From: Malacoraja senta
Taxonomy: Eukaryota
Direction of reading: 5' to 3'
Assembly (NCBI GenBank): GCA_038087875.1
Contig: CM075993.1
Coordinates: forward strand, 682,001-746,000
DNA: 64,000 nucleotides
The position numbers and the translations under genes are program-made. The notes beneath the pieces are model-generated. The model did no database searches. It saw only the letters and a program-made list of their open reading frames with translations, and had not been told where the DNA came from. Shown here in pieces: positions 1 through 12,102 of this stretch; the stretch's first letter is position 1; each line of letters begins with the position of its first letter.

Positions 1-222
1 AGTCTACTCTCGACTGTCTCCATGATGGTGTCTTAACAGCAGCAAGTTTCAACTCATATTCATCTTTGTTTAAAACCCTAATGTTGACACTTTCAAAATG
101 TCAAAACACTTCATGCACAATATCCATTCTTTGCATTGACAGCGTTAGTCTTGATGAGCAGAAAAATATAGACAATAAAATGATTCTGCAGTGAAACGTT
201 TAGAAGTTGTATAGTTAGTTAC

Positions 223-276
223 CTTCTCAAAATTCTTCAAGTGCATAAAACAGACTCCCAGATTGTGACTGATTTC
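223..276 (-). CDS. BBS4: BBS4 coding exon (EISHNLGVCFMHLKNFEK); gene continues past the left edge
   Basis: 54 nt, tag/gtaac boundaries, phase 0-0; matches remembered human BBS4 EISHNLGVCYIYLKQFNK. Confidence 0.93.
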
Positions 277-642
277 CTAAATGGATGTAAGTGGAACAGA
301 GGTAAAATTACATGGGATATCTGCAGATGGAATGGTGATCATTCTCATTTATAGATTAATAAAATGTGCAACACATTCCAAACCTCTTATCACCCACTGT
401 GTGTTTCTTAATTTCATACTCAACTATGATTTTTATGTTACCAGCAGAGATAGTTGATATCTACTTCATCAGTTCCTCTTGGAAATGCTGGTAAAAATGT
501 TAGTAATTCCAGTGAATATAACCCTGGTTTAATCAGTAGAATGTGTTCATTCAAACTTTTAAATCCATGTTTGGATTAATAGTGTAACGTGATAGTTGTC
601 ACGCTTAATATTGTGCCCTCGAGGTTTACTCGTGTAACTTAC

Positions 643-715
643 CCAATCCTTTTCATTTAGTTTAGCAGCTTCACTGTAAACTTCAATTGCTGCCTTGTGT
701 TTCCCAAGCAAATAC
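643..715 (-). CDS. BBS4: BBS4 coding exon ([24 protein letters not shown])
   Basis: 73 nt, tag/gtaag; near-identical to human BBS4 TPR region. Confidence 0.96.
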
Positions 716-1247
716 CTATGAAGAAAGGAGAATATTCAGCCGTCCTCCACTAAGACAGGAAGGAAACACACTACAATATTCCAAAGCACTTTCAAGTCAA
801 TGGCAACACCAGAGTTGCAGCGAGCACTGGTAAGGTGAACAGTCTTTGAAAAGTATGTGGCCCAGTTGCTGAAGGCGTTACTACTGAAGGCACAATGGAG
901 GTGGGTGGTGAAGGTCACAGGATAGCTCTCAGAGCAATTGTCACAAATTGACTAATAGGAGGTGGCAGAGGCTGGGAGAAACAAAAAAAACTGTATTAAT
1001 AGACAAGAATGATCAATATACGAAGATAGAAATTAGGTGATTGGCATCTAGGGTTTGTGCACGGAATTAGCCGTGCGGTTGTGAGGGGTAGGGTGTCGCG
1101 ACACGAGTGGGTTGTGTGGTGCGATGGGGAAGGGACAGGGCTATTTACCGAATAGTATGTAAATTAGGACAGTGAAGATCAGAATTAGAAGGCATAAGCC
1201 TGCTCCACATGGACACCTTTCAGTTATTGCTGTCGTGCACAACTTAC

Positions 1248-1359
1248 AGTGATCTAGCAACCTGTTTCAAGTTGTCCACGTTCTGCGGGTTTAGAATCGC
1301 ACAGGTCTGAAACAGTTCAAAGGATTCTTGAATCTTTCCTTCCAAACGGAATATTAGTG
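1248..1359 (-). CDS. BBS4: BBS4 coding exon ([38 protein letters not shown])
   Basis: 112 nt, cag/gtaag, phases consistent with neighbouring exons. Confidence 0.96.
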
Positions 1360-1636
1360 CTGAAACAAGAGTTTGGACTTACTTGACAGACTACACATAC
1401 CAAACCACAATCACTAGGATGCAACTTCATAGATGATAAATGAACAGATGACCAGATCTTGTTTATTTGCAATTAAAGGAAAAACATCTGATCTCAAATT
1501 TAAAATAGTCACAGAAATAGGTGTACGTGTCTTCCAGAGCAGAGCTGAGCTACAATGGCCAGTGACAGGGAAGGGAGAGCTCCGACCTGCTCATCGATGT
1601 TCTGCACCACTGGGGGAATTCAATAAATCTGGCGAA

Positions 1637-1850
1637 GATAGACACAGAGTGCTGGAGTAACTCAGCGGGTCAGGCCACATCTCTGGAGAAAAAGGATGAG
1701 TGGTGTTACCGGTTGGGACCCTTCTTCACATCTGACCCGCAATGTCACCCATCCTTTTTTTTCCCGGAGATGCTACCTGACCCTCTGTGTACTCCAGCAC
1801 TTTGTGTATATCTTCGGTATAAACCAGCATCTGCAGTTCCTTTCTACATA
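1637..1850. mobile_element. Degenerate fold-back (inverted-repeat) element, Penelope-derived family
   Basis: Arms gacacagagtgctggagtaactcag... and ...tactccagcactttgtgt are reverse complements; ends in aaaccagcatctgcagttcc. Confidence 0.75.
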
Positions 1851-2080
1851 CTCAATAAATCAGGCCTTTTGTATGGTGGCGCCTGAAGGAAATATTCACC
1901 AAAGCTGTTTGGTTATCATAAATATTTCAGATTCACTCCCTCGTAACCCCAGTTCATATTGTGTCGCTCATTTCCAATGCCTTATGAGATGGCCAAGCAT
2001 TGTCTTACAAGCCGGACGGTCAGTGCATTATCAGTCACCCATGCCTGGGAGTAAAGCAAACTCACTTCTCCGTACTGCTA

Positions 2081-2383
2081 AGGACGTCCCAAATAAACAT
2101 CTGGTGTCAGACCCAACCCTACCGGTCCCTGGCACCAATCTCCCAAGGAAGCAGTGGACGACGCTGAATAGATTCAGGACTGGACATGGCCCCTGCTTGG
2201 CCAGCCTTCACAAATGGGGCAGCAGCCCAACCCCACGGTGTGCTTGTGGAGAGCAGCAAACAATGCAACACATCATTGAAGCATGCCCTCAAAAAAGACT
2301 TAAAGGAGGACTTGTCACCCTTCATACAGCAGATCAAGAGGCAACTGCTTGGCTAAAGGACTTTGCATTCGCTAAATAAATAA
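2081..2383 (+). mobile_element. 5'-truncated Vingi/Ingi-like non-LTR retrotransposon 3' end
   Basis: 17-bp TSD acttctccgtactgcta (2064-2080, 2384-2400); open frame with LPRKQWTTLNRFRTGHG..LHKWG..CACG..QTMQHIIEACP; stop runs into a (TAAA)n tail. Confidence 0.8.
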
Positions 2384-2532
2384 ACTTCTCCGTACTGCTA
2401 CTGAAGCACCAAAGGCCCATCAGCAGCTTCTAACTGCAGCACAAATTTCCCAATGATCCCCACTCAGAGAGCCACTAACGTTGGACAGTTTTAAATAGCC
2501 AGAATTGCTCTGTATACTGTGTAACATCTCAC

Positions 2533-2596
2533 CTTGTACATAGACAGCATATTCACACATCCCCTGCGTCTCCTGCAGCTGTTCTTTGATGATTGC
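2533..2596 (-). CDS. BBS4: BBS4 coding exon ([21 protein letters not shown])
   Basis: 64 nt, cag/gtgag; matches human [21 protein letters not shown]. Confidence 0.96.
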
Positions 2597-3168
2597 CTGA
2601 AAAATAATTGACAACTGTTGATGGTCTCCTGATGCAACAGCCCAGTGTCCCAGCAACAAGGTAATCCTTTCACTCATTAAGCACTGGAAGAAACACTTTC
2701 CTCACTTTGAAGAAAGAACATGAGAGCATTTTGAGATAATACAGACAGCAGTATAAGCCTGCATCATATTCCTCCAGTTACTATTCTAGAGCACCATTGC
2801 AGAGAGGTGAGACCTTGTAGCTCATAGCAGGAATATATATGCTTTTACATCAGCAATATGATAAAGGAGATTGCCCACAGAAAACAAACTACAATCAGTC
2901 CACAATGCCATGGTAGCACGGAGCTGCTCCTCGTTATCCTGCCCTGCCCAGTGACAGGGCATTTCTAAGGATTACTCGAAGGAAACAGAAAATGTAACCA
3001 GCAATTTAGCCCCATGCAAATCTGACCACAATTTGTGCTTGAGCACTTGGCTGGCTTTGCAGCCACAGAAAGCTTTCCTCTGGCTGGAAGGCGTGCACGT
3101 TTGAACTGGTATTTGCCCGTGTGTGAAGGTAGCAGGACCCTTCTTCAGTTAAATGAATCCACGCTCAC

Positions 3169-3248
3169 CTTGCAGGTCTCATAGTCCTTCCTAATATAAT
3201 GCAAATGTATCAGCCAGTTCCTTCTCTCCAGAATGGGAAGTTCTGGTG
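3169..3248 (-). CDS. BBS4: BBS4 coding exon ([27 protein letters not shown])
   Basis: 80 nt, cag/gtgag; matches human [27 protein letters not shown]. Confidence 0.96.
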
Positions 3249-3810
3249 CTGTATAGGGAAGATCAACACAAAACACCATTCAGAAACCGCTGACACATCC
3301 AATGCACAGAATAATGTTCCCGTAATTGCTGGCACAACAATCCTTTCAGAAAACAGGTCTAACAAGATGAGACATAATTTCCACTCCAAACAATCTACAG
3401 ATATGCCGTTACAAATCCTCTACATTTGTACAACAGCTGGATGTTCCTGATCCAGCGTCTCATCTGATGCAGTGGCGTAGCAGTAGAGATCCTATTACGG
3501 TGCTATCTATATGGAGTTGGATGGGTTTGATGTTCCCAATATTTAGCTAGAAATAAATGCAACATCCATTAAGGGTGGGGAACGTTGCTACTGATCATTA
3601 ACTCTCTGGGTGTCGATGCATGTGATGGCAACTGCTGAAGTAAGAATTGGGGTTGGCTGTGATGTCTCTGAGCAAAGGGCCAAATACTCCCGACATACAG
3701 CACATGTCTGAGACAGCACACAACATCCCTGTACACCTCTGAGCAAGGCTAGGAGGGTAACACTAACTCTCATGGTTCAAGCATAAATTAAACAGAAGAA
3801 TGAACATCAC

Positions 3811-3865
3811 CTTTTTTCGATCGTAATTTCCTAATATCAGCTGAAGCATCAGACTGTTGTAGAAT
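3811..3865 (-). CDS. BBS4: BBS4 coding exon (ILQQSDASADIRKLRSKK)
   Basis: 55 nt, tttctccag/gtgat, phase 0-1; ends in KK before APELP as in human. Confidence 0.8.
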
Positions 3866-3907
3866 CTGGAGAAATTGAATTCAGAAATGCAGTGAATCAA
3901 ATGGCAA

Positions 3908-3980
3908 CTCACATCCCATCCCCATCATCAGTGGAACCTGATCTCACATCCCACCCCCATCAGTCAGTGGAACCTGATCT
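3908..3980. repeat. Two-copy tandem duplication of about 36 bp
   Basis: ctcacatccca.ccccatca(g)tcagtggaacctgatct occurs twice. Confidence 0.85.
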
Positions 3981-4877
3981 TCCAAGAATATTTACCACAT
4001 TCTTATTTCCCAATTTGTTGTAATTTTTTGGAGCCCCAGTGTCCACTCCAGAGCAGACTTGCATTAAACATTTATTCTGTTTCAGTCCTTGATTGTAATC
4101 ATGCATTGTCTTTCCGCTAACTGGATAGCACGCAACAAAAATGTTTCCATTGTATTTTGGTATAAATGGGAATAATAAACTAAACTAAACTAAGGGTCTG
4201 CAGAGGTTAGATACAGAATAAAGCCCCTCCGCACTATCCCATCAATGTAATGCACCACAATAAAGGAAGGAAAACCCAAAGCGTGTGATTCTTATTACTC
4301 CTGACAAAATAAACATGTTAGGTCTGATGGGCACATTTGTTGGTGCCAGTTAGGAGATCCACTCCATGCCCATGAAGGTAATGGATTGAAACTTTCCAAA
4401 ATGGACAGGGAAAACATTCAATCTATAGGTCTCTGGCAAGCTTTGTTTTTTTTTGTGACTTTTAAAAAATGCGCTGTAAAAATCTACCAAGAAATAACAA
4501 TACCCAAATTGTGTTTTAAGACAAAAAAACAAAATGCTAGAGGAACTCGGCAGGTCAGGCAGCATTCGTGGAGGCAACGGTCCAGGGACATTTTGGATCG
4601 AGATCGGAAAGATTATCTGTCCATTCCCTCTACAGATATTTCCTGAACCGCTGAGTTCCTCCATCATTTTGGTTTTTGCTCAAGATTCCAGTATCTGTAG
4701 TTAGCGGAGTCAGGGGATATGGGGAGAAGGCAGGAACGGGGTACTGATTGGGGATGCTCAGCCATGATCACATTGAGTGGCGGTGCTGGCTCGAAGGGCC
4801 GAATGGCCTACTCCTGCACCTATTGTCTTTTGGTACTCGTGTCACCTTGTGTTTTTAGATATTTGATTGTTACTTAC

Positions 4878-4901
4878 AGGTTCTTTCTCCAAATCTGCCA
4901 T
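4878..4901 (-). CDS. BBS4: Probable BBS4 start: coding part (MADLEKEP) of a 25-nt mini-exon 4878-4902
   Basis: ctctcttgcaacag|A ATG GCA GAT TTG GAG AAA GAA CCT|gtaagt; phase 0 fits the next exon. Confidence 0.75.
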
Positions 4902-6233
4902 TCTGTTGCAAGAGAGCAGTAGTCAGTTGGACAGATCAAAAGGTGCACCAACTTCCAACAAGTCCACACAGGCTCACAGTCCTTACAATCTGCCTGTTTA
5001 TTAAAAAAATATGAAATACCAATAACAACTATTGTAGGATCCATTTCCTGTCCCAGCTTCTCAACCTGTACTACAAGTCAGCACATATTTTTCCAATTAA
5101 TCTGTTTTTAATAACAGGTTGGAGTGATAGGTAAATGCTGATGATGTCTGGACCTCCAAATGTCAGAGAGACCTATTAGCAAGTTTGAAGCCGATGGATA
5201 GACAATGGCAGCACAGATCAGGAAAATATGTAGAGGGTGCGAAAGAGGTTTATGAATTACGCCAGCACTGTGTGTCTTTTTTGGAAACTGACACCTGCAG
5301 TTCCTTGTTTCTCCAATTTACCAGAAAGTTGTCAGGATTAGAGGATGTTTAGCTACAGGAGGAGGATGGACAAACTTGCGGATTGTTTTCCCTAGAATGT
5401 CAAAGGGGAGAGCTGATAGAAGTTTATAAAGTTATAAGAGGCGTGGATAGGGTAGACAGTCAGAACCTTTCTCCCAGGGTGGAAATTTCAAAGATTAGAG
5501 CGTGTAGCTTTACGGTGAGAGGTGGGAAATGTAACTGGTGTGTGCAGGTCAGCATAGTGAGTCGCTGGGGGACCTCCACAGCCCTGGGCTGCGCTGTGAT
5601 CAGATGCTGCTCAAAGAGGCTGAGCGCTTGGATCAGACGCAGCATGCAGCGACATGGAGCAGTGGTGGAGGATATTGACTACATGGGCCTTGATGGACCC
5701 CTGCAACTTCAACTCAGTGCCGCCGTCAGGACAACGGGCCTTGATGGAGTTAAGAATCTTCTTAACCCTTCGAGCTGGCACCCTCCCTCACCTATTTTCT
5801 ATTTTACATTGTTTAACATTTTAAAATTGAACAAGATGTCGCTGGAAATGTGGAGCCTCTTGTGTACTGTCTCGGTGTAATCCACTATTGTCACATTCTT
5901 GTACTTAAGTCTGATTGTGCCTATATATGGTAAGATTTTTACTGAACTATGCCAAAAGGGAATTCCACTGTCCCTAGGTACAAGTGACATAAAGTACCAT
6001 TGACAGTGGATGTGGAGAGGATGTTTCCACTAGTGGGAGAGATAGATAGATTCTTGATTAGTACGGGTGTCAGGGGTTATGGGGAGAAGGCAGGGGAATG
6101 TGGTTAGGGGGAAGAGATAGATCAGCCATGATTGAATGGTGGAGTAGACTTGGTGGGCCGAATGGCCTAATTCTGCTCCTATCTCCTATGACCTGGTGAA
6201 CCACAGTCCGGGCCGGGCTGGGCCGGGCCTGGC

Positions 6234-6247
6234 GTTACCACGGCAAC
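6234..6247. promoter_or_regulatory. RFX X-box GTTACCACGGCAAC
   Basis: Fits the GTTNCC-NN-GGNAAC palindrome; X-boxes are typical of ciliary and BBS gene promoters. Confidence 0.85.
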
Positions 6248-6327
6248 CAGCCGCCGCTACCGTCGGCCCAGCCCCGGGCCTCTCCCCGCCGGCCTGTGGT
6301 ACTCGTCCCCCGTCCGCTGCGGACACC

Positions 6328-6420
6328 GCCCCCAACCCCATCCCGGGCCCCGCTCCCAGCCCCAGCCCCATCCCGGGCCCCGCTCCCAGCCCCAGCCCCA
6401 TCCCGGGCCCCGCTCACCCC
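6328..6420. repeat. About 3 copies of a 30-bp GC-rich repeat (G-runs on the minus strand)
   Basis: cccagccccatcccgggccccgctcccagc repeated. Confidence 0.9.
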
Positions 6421-6488
6421 TGGGCCCGGCCTCGGCCTCGGCCGCCATGACACTGCGCGCCTCCCCGCCCCGGCCTTCCCCCGCTCTG

Positions 6489-6496
6489 TGACGTCA
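6489..6496. promoter_or_regulatory. Palindromic CRE TGACGTCA
   Basis: Exact consensus within the promoter island. Confidence 0.7.
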
Positions 6497-6517
6497 GCGC
6501 GCTGTACGTGCCCGTCC

Positions 6518-6834
6518 GACCAGCATCTGCAGCCCCTTCCTCCACATCTGGTAAACCAGCATCTGTAGCTCCTTCCTCCACATCTGGTAAACCAGCATCT
6601 GTAGCTCCTTCCTCCACCTCTGGTAAACCAGCATCTGTAGCTCCTTCCTCCACATCTGGTAGACCAGCATCTGCAGCCCCTTCCTCCACATCTGGTAGAC
6701 CAGCATCTGCAGCCCCTTCCTCCACATCTGGTAGACCAGCATCTGCAGCCTCTTCCTCCACATCTGGTAAACCAGCATCTGCAGCTCCTTCTTCCACACC
6801 TGGTAAACCAGCATCTGTAGCTCCTTCCCACACA
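6518..6834. repeat. 36-bp minisatellite, 8 full units plus a partial unit
   Basis: Unit (a/g)accagcatctg(c/t)agc(c/t)ccttcctccacatctggta. Confidence 0.95.
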
Positions 6835-6934
6835 TTGCATTTCCTGGTTGTCCTGCTCAAGCCTGTTCTGATAATTGTCGCACAAAATTTGAAATGCTGT
6901 GGCACTTGTTAGTAAATGGATTAATTAGACCTAG

Positions 6935-7027
6935 GATAGACACAAAAAGCTGGAGTAACTCAGTGGGTCAGACTGCATCTCAGGAGAAAAGGAATATGTG
7001 ACATTTTGGGTCAAGACCCTTCTTCAG
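6935..7027 (-). mobile_element. Single arm of the fold-back family with a mutated hammerhead-like core (7000-7027)
   Basis: Minus strand reads ctgaagaagggtcttgacccaaaatgtc. Confidence 0.75.
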
Positions 7028-7822
7028 TTCTTCAAACGAGACCTACCGGGGAGCAGAATCTCCAAGCAGTTCCATCTTGACCATTGCAAACCAGCAGCAA
7101 CAATGAGGCTGACAATAAATTCTGATTTCATCTCTCCATGCCAATGTTCTCCAAATGTGCAAATCTGTTAGTAACAATTATTCCAATCTGAGAGTGACGG
7201 CTCTGTGCATCGAAGTGTTCACTCTTTTACTGATGGTCCAACAAGAAAGTCAAAACAAGATGTTTTCTTTTTGCAACTGAAATAGATCAATAGCTAACAT
7301 ACGACTGGTGGAAGTCAGGTGGAAAGGTATGTAACATTAATTTTAGAGTTAATGCTTTGCAAAGACTTTCCCAATCCAATTTACTATTTTACATAGCGAA
7401 AAATAAACATCCCATCTGCTCCCAACAGCAAATCTGTGACGTGACTCCCTTTTACTCTCCTCCTTCCAAAGTACCGATCTGCCTGGAATGGCCCAACCCA
7501 ATTTGAGACATTGCAGTCTTCAAAATTACATGTTACGATAATGGCAACAGAGATCAATTAAAATTTAGTTTAGCATTAAAATTATTCTGATTCTAATCCC
7601 ATGCTAGTTTCCACTATACGTCACTGGTTATCCTTAGAGTGCAATCTGTCTTGGAAAATAAACACCCCTTGTCTGACCAAGACTTCTGCAACTGCTCCAA
7701 ATATCACCCTTTCAGGAACACCATAAATGCCACTTTCCTTGATTCTGCCTTTGCTGTCAAAAAAGTGTTCCATTGCAGCACTCCACCATTTAAGCTTAGC
7801 AAATGGGAACATCACTTTAAAC

Positions 7823-9411
7823 GCATTCAGAAAGTATTCAGACCCCTTCACTTTTTTCACATTTTACATTACAGCCTTATTCTAAAATGAATTAAATTCT
7901 TTTTTTTTAAATCATATACACACAACACCTCATAATAAAAGCGAAAACGTGTTTAGAAATTTTTGTAGTAATTAAAAAGAAATAACTGAAATATCACATT
8001 TTCATAAGTATTTAGACCCTTTACTCAGTAGTTTGTTGAGGCACCTTTGGCAGCGATTACAGCCTCAAGACTTCTTGGGTAGGACACTACAAGTTTGGCA
8101 CACCTGTATTTGGGTAATTTCTCCCATTCTTCTCTGCAGATCCTCTCAAGCTCTGTCAGGTTGGTTGGGAGCGTCGATGCACAGCTATTTTCAGGTCCAA
8201 AGATGTCCGATCGTGTTCAAGTCCAGGTACTGGCTGGGTCACTCAAGGACATTCACAAACTTGTCATGAAGCCACTCCTGCGTTGTCTTGGCTGTGTGCT
8301 TAGGGCCATTGTCCTGTTGGAAGGTGAACCTCTGCCACAGTCTGAGGTCCAGAACGCTCTGGAGCAGGTTTTCATCAAGGATCTCCCTGTACTTTGCTCC
8401 GTTCATCTTTCCCGTGATCCTGACTAGTCTCCCAGTTCCTGCCGCTGAAAAACATCCCCAAAGCATGATGCTGCCACCACTATGCTTCACTGTAGGTATG
8501 GTATTGGCCAGATGATGAGCGGTGCCTGTTTTTCTCCAGACGTGACGCTTGGCATTCAGGCCAAAGAGTTCAATCTTGGTTTCATCACACCAGAGAATCT
8601 TGTTTCTCATGGTCTGAGAGTCCTTTAGGTAAACTCCAAGCAGGCTGTCATGTGCCTTTTACTGAAGAGTGGCTTCCGTCTGGCCACTCTACCATAAAGG
8701 CCTGATTTGTGAAGTGCTGCAGATATAGTTGTCCTTCTGGAAGGTGCTCCCATCTTCAGAGGAACTCTGGAGCTTTGTCAGGGTGACCATCGGGTTCTTG
8801 GTCACCTCCCTGACCAAGGCCCTTCTCCCCGATTGCTCAGTTTGGCCAGGCGGCCAGCTCCAAGAGTCCTGGTGGTTCCAAAGTTCTTCCATTTAAGAAT
8901 GACAGAGGCCACTGTGCTCTTCAGGACCTGCAATGCTGCAGAAATTGTTTTATACCCTTCCCCAGATGTGTCTCGACACAATCCTGTCTCGGAGGTCTAC
9001 GGACAATTCCTTCGTCTTCATGGCTTGGTTTTTGCTGACATACACTGTCACCTGTGGGACCTTATATAGACAGGTGTGTGCATTTCCAAATCATGTCCAA
9101 TGAATTTAATTTACCACTAGTGGACTCCAATCAAGTTGTAGCAACATCTCAAGGATAATCAATGAAACAGGATGAACCCAAGCTCAATTTTGAGTGTCAT
9201 AGCAAAGGGTTTGAATACTTATGTAAATGTGATGTCAGTTAATTTATTTTTATTTACTTTGCAAAAACACCTATTTTCGCATCTTCAATCTGGGGTATTG
9301 TGTGTAGATTGATGATTTAAAAAAAAAGAATTTAATCCATTTTAAAATAAGGCTGTAACATAATAAAATGTGGAAAAAGTGAAGGGGTCTGAATACTTTC
9401 TGAATGCACTG
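7823..9411 (-). mobile_element. Tc1-family DNA transposon (Passport-like), frameshifted transposase, copy A
   Basis: Long TIRs gcattcagaaagtattcagacccctt / aaggggtctgaatactttctgaatgcactg; DDE motifs [11 protein letters not shown] and [10 protein letters not shown]. Confidence 0.95.
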
Positions 9412-9559
9412 TTAGGAGGAAGACATATTAGCCTTTTTTCCTACCTTGACATCTTCAGACACTATTTGCAATGCCTTAAGGATTTTATTTTGCATTCTAA
9501 GGTTAATGATAAATTAAAATTCAGTAAAATTAGAAAACATTTTTCCTTCTTTGTCAAAA

Positions 9560-12017
9560 GTGCATTTATTGGGTTTAAAGTTTCACTGTGCTGGTGCCAA
9601 ACCCACATGTCCTCAGAACAGTATTTCTTGGACCAGAACAGTGCGATGTATTAATCCCATGATAATCATTCAGTAACTGTTCTGACCTGGATGAAAGGAG
9701 GACACATAAGAAAAGGTGGAATGGAAATGGATTTTTAGCATTGTCAGTCCCCCTACCCCCAACAGTTCATCCGCTGTATAACACAGCAGACCCAATGGCA
9801 AGGTGTTTCCCAAAAGAAAATCCCCCCCTCATGCAATCTCTTGGCATGGACAGAGCTCACTGGCCTTCTCATCCGTTAGAAATTTTCTATGATACACCTT
9901 TTTCTCACTTCACTGCTTAACACTGAACTACCAGCAAACCTAAACTGCTTAAACTCCTAGACAGATTAACCCATAAACAACAGGAACACAGCACATCATG
10001 CAAGTACAAGTGCCTGTCCATACCTTCCAATTGCAAGTGAAAGTGCCACAGGTGACCTTGGCTTAATTCATAGAGTATTCCTGCAGGCAAGGCTAATTTG
10101 TCAGTTTTTCCGTTTTGTAAGCAAACCTGAATTTTTCAGAAAGTAGGGTTGATGACTTCAGTGAGCGATGACGCTCAGCTTCCTGCTGGGTTTGTATGGC
10201 AAGGTCAAACACATGGATCTCCATTTGCCAAACAGTCGCTGCTATTTACTCTCATTGGGACTGGTTTCTAACAGGATTGTACTTTCCCCTTCAACTGGGC
10301 AACAACGCAGTACAAGATGAAACACCCTAGTGAGCATTCCAGGCACAAAGACCTTTTTTCTACTTGCGTTTCTAGGTGACTGCACATTCCAACGCAAAGT
10401 CAACAGCAACACTGGAGATTGCAGAGTAGTCAAAACCATGAACTCCCAGACAAGTCCACAACCAAGAGATTCAAAACCCCTCGTTTGTAGATACAGTGCA
10501 GATTAAAAGCATGCTTCCCAATTTGAGTACAGTCATGTCTGTGAGCTACACATGATGGCTGAGAAATGCATGCTTCTTCTTTGCCCTGCTTCACACTCTC
10601 ATCTCACAAGCACTGGAAGCCACGCAAGGATTACCCAAATTAAACCTTTATCGTCAGTAAATGCTTTGCAGTATTCAAGCTTTACAACTGTGTAAGTTTG
10701 TCATGGATTCATCCATTACAGCTACAATTCTTTCATTGTTTGAGAATTTGACAATACATTGTCCCAGTGCAACAAAAGGAGAAACAAAATAAACGTTCTA
10801 CAGCGTAGGGTTAAGGAATCCAATGCCTGGTCTTAATCTCAGACAACTTTCTTTGATATAATGAATTAAATGACACAATAAATTAGAACTACCCAATACT
10901 TGATGCAGAGGTTTAGTTGCTGCTTGGGAACGCAGCAGTTCAAGCAATGATCCTTCAACCCTGATCTCTCTACCCCAGCGTAGCAATACAGGCAGAACTC
11001 AGCAATGACAGCAGCCATCATCATCCAGCGTGGGGTGTGGGGAGAGACAGGCTGAACATTGCTCTCTTCCAAATGTTACATGTCTGTATCACTCCTACTG
11101 TCTGACGAGATCTGTACAATTTTACAGGTATTTTTTTTTATTTTTATACAGCAACAGTGAACATAGAAAGTACTGGGGGCTTCTGCCGAAGCTGGAGGTG
11201 ACTGTCGTTAGCTGTAGCAGAGTAGAAAAGCAATGAGAAAAAGAGGGAAGCGGTGAACATTAGGGAAACCCAACAGCACCAGGACTCGGCTCGAGTCGAC
11301 AACTAGTACTATGGAATATCACAAGGTTAAAAACTTGCTTTTCATTTTAAAAGGGGAAGGACAAAGAGCAGAAAATTCAATCCACATTCCACTAACAGCG
11401 CTGAGGTCAAAGGTTAACAAACCTAAAGAAACTGCACAGCAAATATACATATTCTTGAAGGTTTTTAAAGAATAAATATTTTTTTTGTAATTAAACATTA
11501 TGCAAACACGTGCCACGCTTGCTCTCGCTCAACCATGCATATGCGCTATGTACAATTTGAAAAATACTGTGTCCTCCTTTTAAAAGTCATATACAAAGGT
11601 AACCCCAGAGTGCTGCCTTACATTAGCCAATCAACATTCACAAACAGGGAACCTACATACAATTAATGACTGGCTGGAAAAGAGGAGCCAGGTCAAAACA
11701 GTTTCAGTTCAATTACTACACACAGAGAAAATGAATAAATGAAAGGAAACAGAAGATGGTTCAGCTCTCAGAATGTAGCTACATTACAGATCAAAGCTGG
11801 AGGGTTTTTAGTGTGTCACACCCTTCATCCACTTACAATACTGTTGTACATTTTGTGGTTTTTATCTACTTTTTTATTACAATATAATTTACTTAAACTT
11901 TCCATTAACAAAAAGTAGGGTAGAACTCCAGCAGTGTCTGCAAGGGCCTGTGCCGCCCACTTTATTTGCATCAGCACTCTGTTGCTAACGGGTTGACAGT
12001 TCAATGCAAGCCGAGCC
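9560..12017 (-). other. ARIH1: Probable ARIH1 3' UTR (end uncertain)
   Basis: Repeat-free sequence after the stop; AATAAA candidates on minus at 11961-11966, 11873-11878, 11137-11142 and 9565-9570. Confidence 0.55.
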
Positions 12018-12102
12018 TCAGTCCTCGATGTACTCCCAGAGATCTTTCTCATAGCCTTCATGCACGTGCTGTAGTAACACCTTCCTCCGGCTCTCACAGT
12101 AT
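12018..12102 (-). CDS. ARIH1: ARIH1 last exon ([27 protein letters not shown])
   Basis: tttctcag acceptor; TGA at 12018-12020; matches the human C-terminus. Confidence 0.97.

Larger units (their letters stand above)
6190..6517 (-). promoter_or_regulatory. BBS4: CpG-island promoter and first-exon region of BBS4
   Basis: Very GC/CpG-rich block directly 5' of BBS4; GC box 6463-6471, CRE, X-box, donor gtgagc at 6417. Confidence 0.85.

Noticed and set aside
1696-2379. 227-aa ORF as a host gene
   Set aside because: Chance read-through from a repeat and intron sequence into the Vingi-like fragment, antisense within a BBS4 intron
6518-6834. CRISPR-like 36-bp periodicity
   Set aside because: Units are head-to-tail with no unique spacers, there are no cas genes, and the context is eukaryotic
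6186-6912. Multiple overlapping ORFs encoding repetitive proteins
   Set aside because: They result from 30-bp and 36-bp tandem repeats (multiples of 3 without stops) in GC-rich DNA
11283-11312. Polylinker-like cluster (XhoI, SalI, SpeI, ScaI sites)
   Set aside because: No vector sequence nearby; it sits within the probable 3' UTR and is most likely chance
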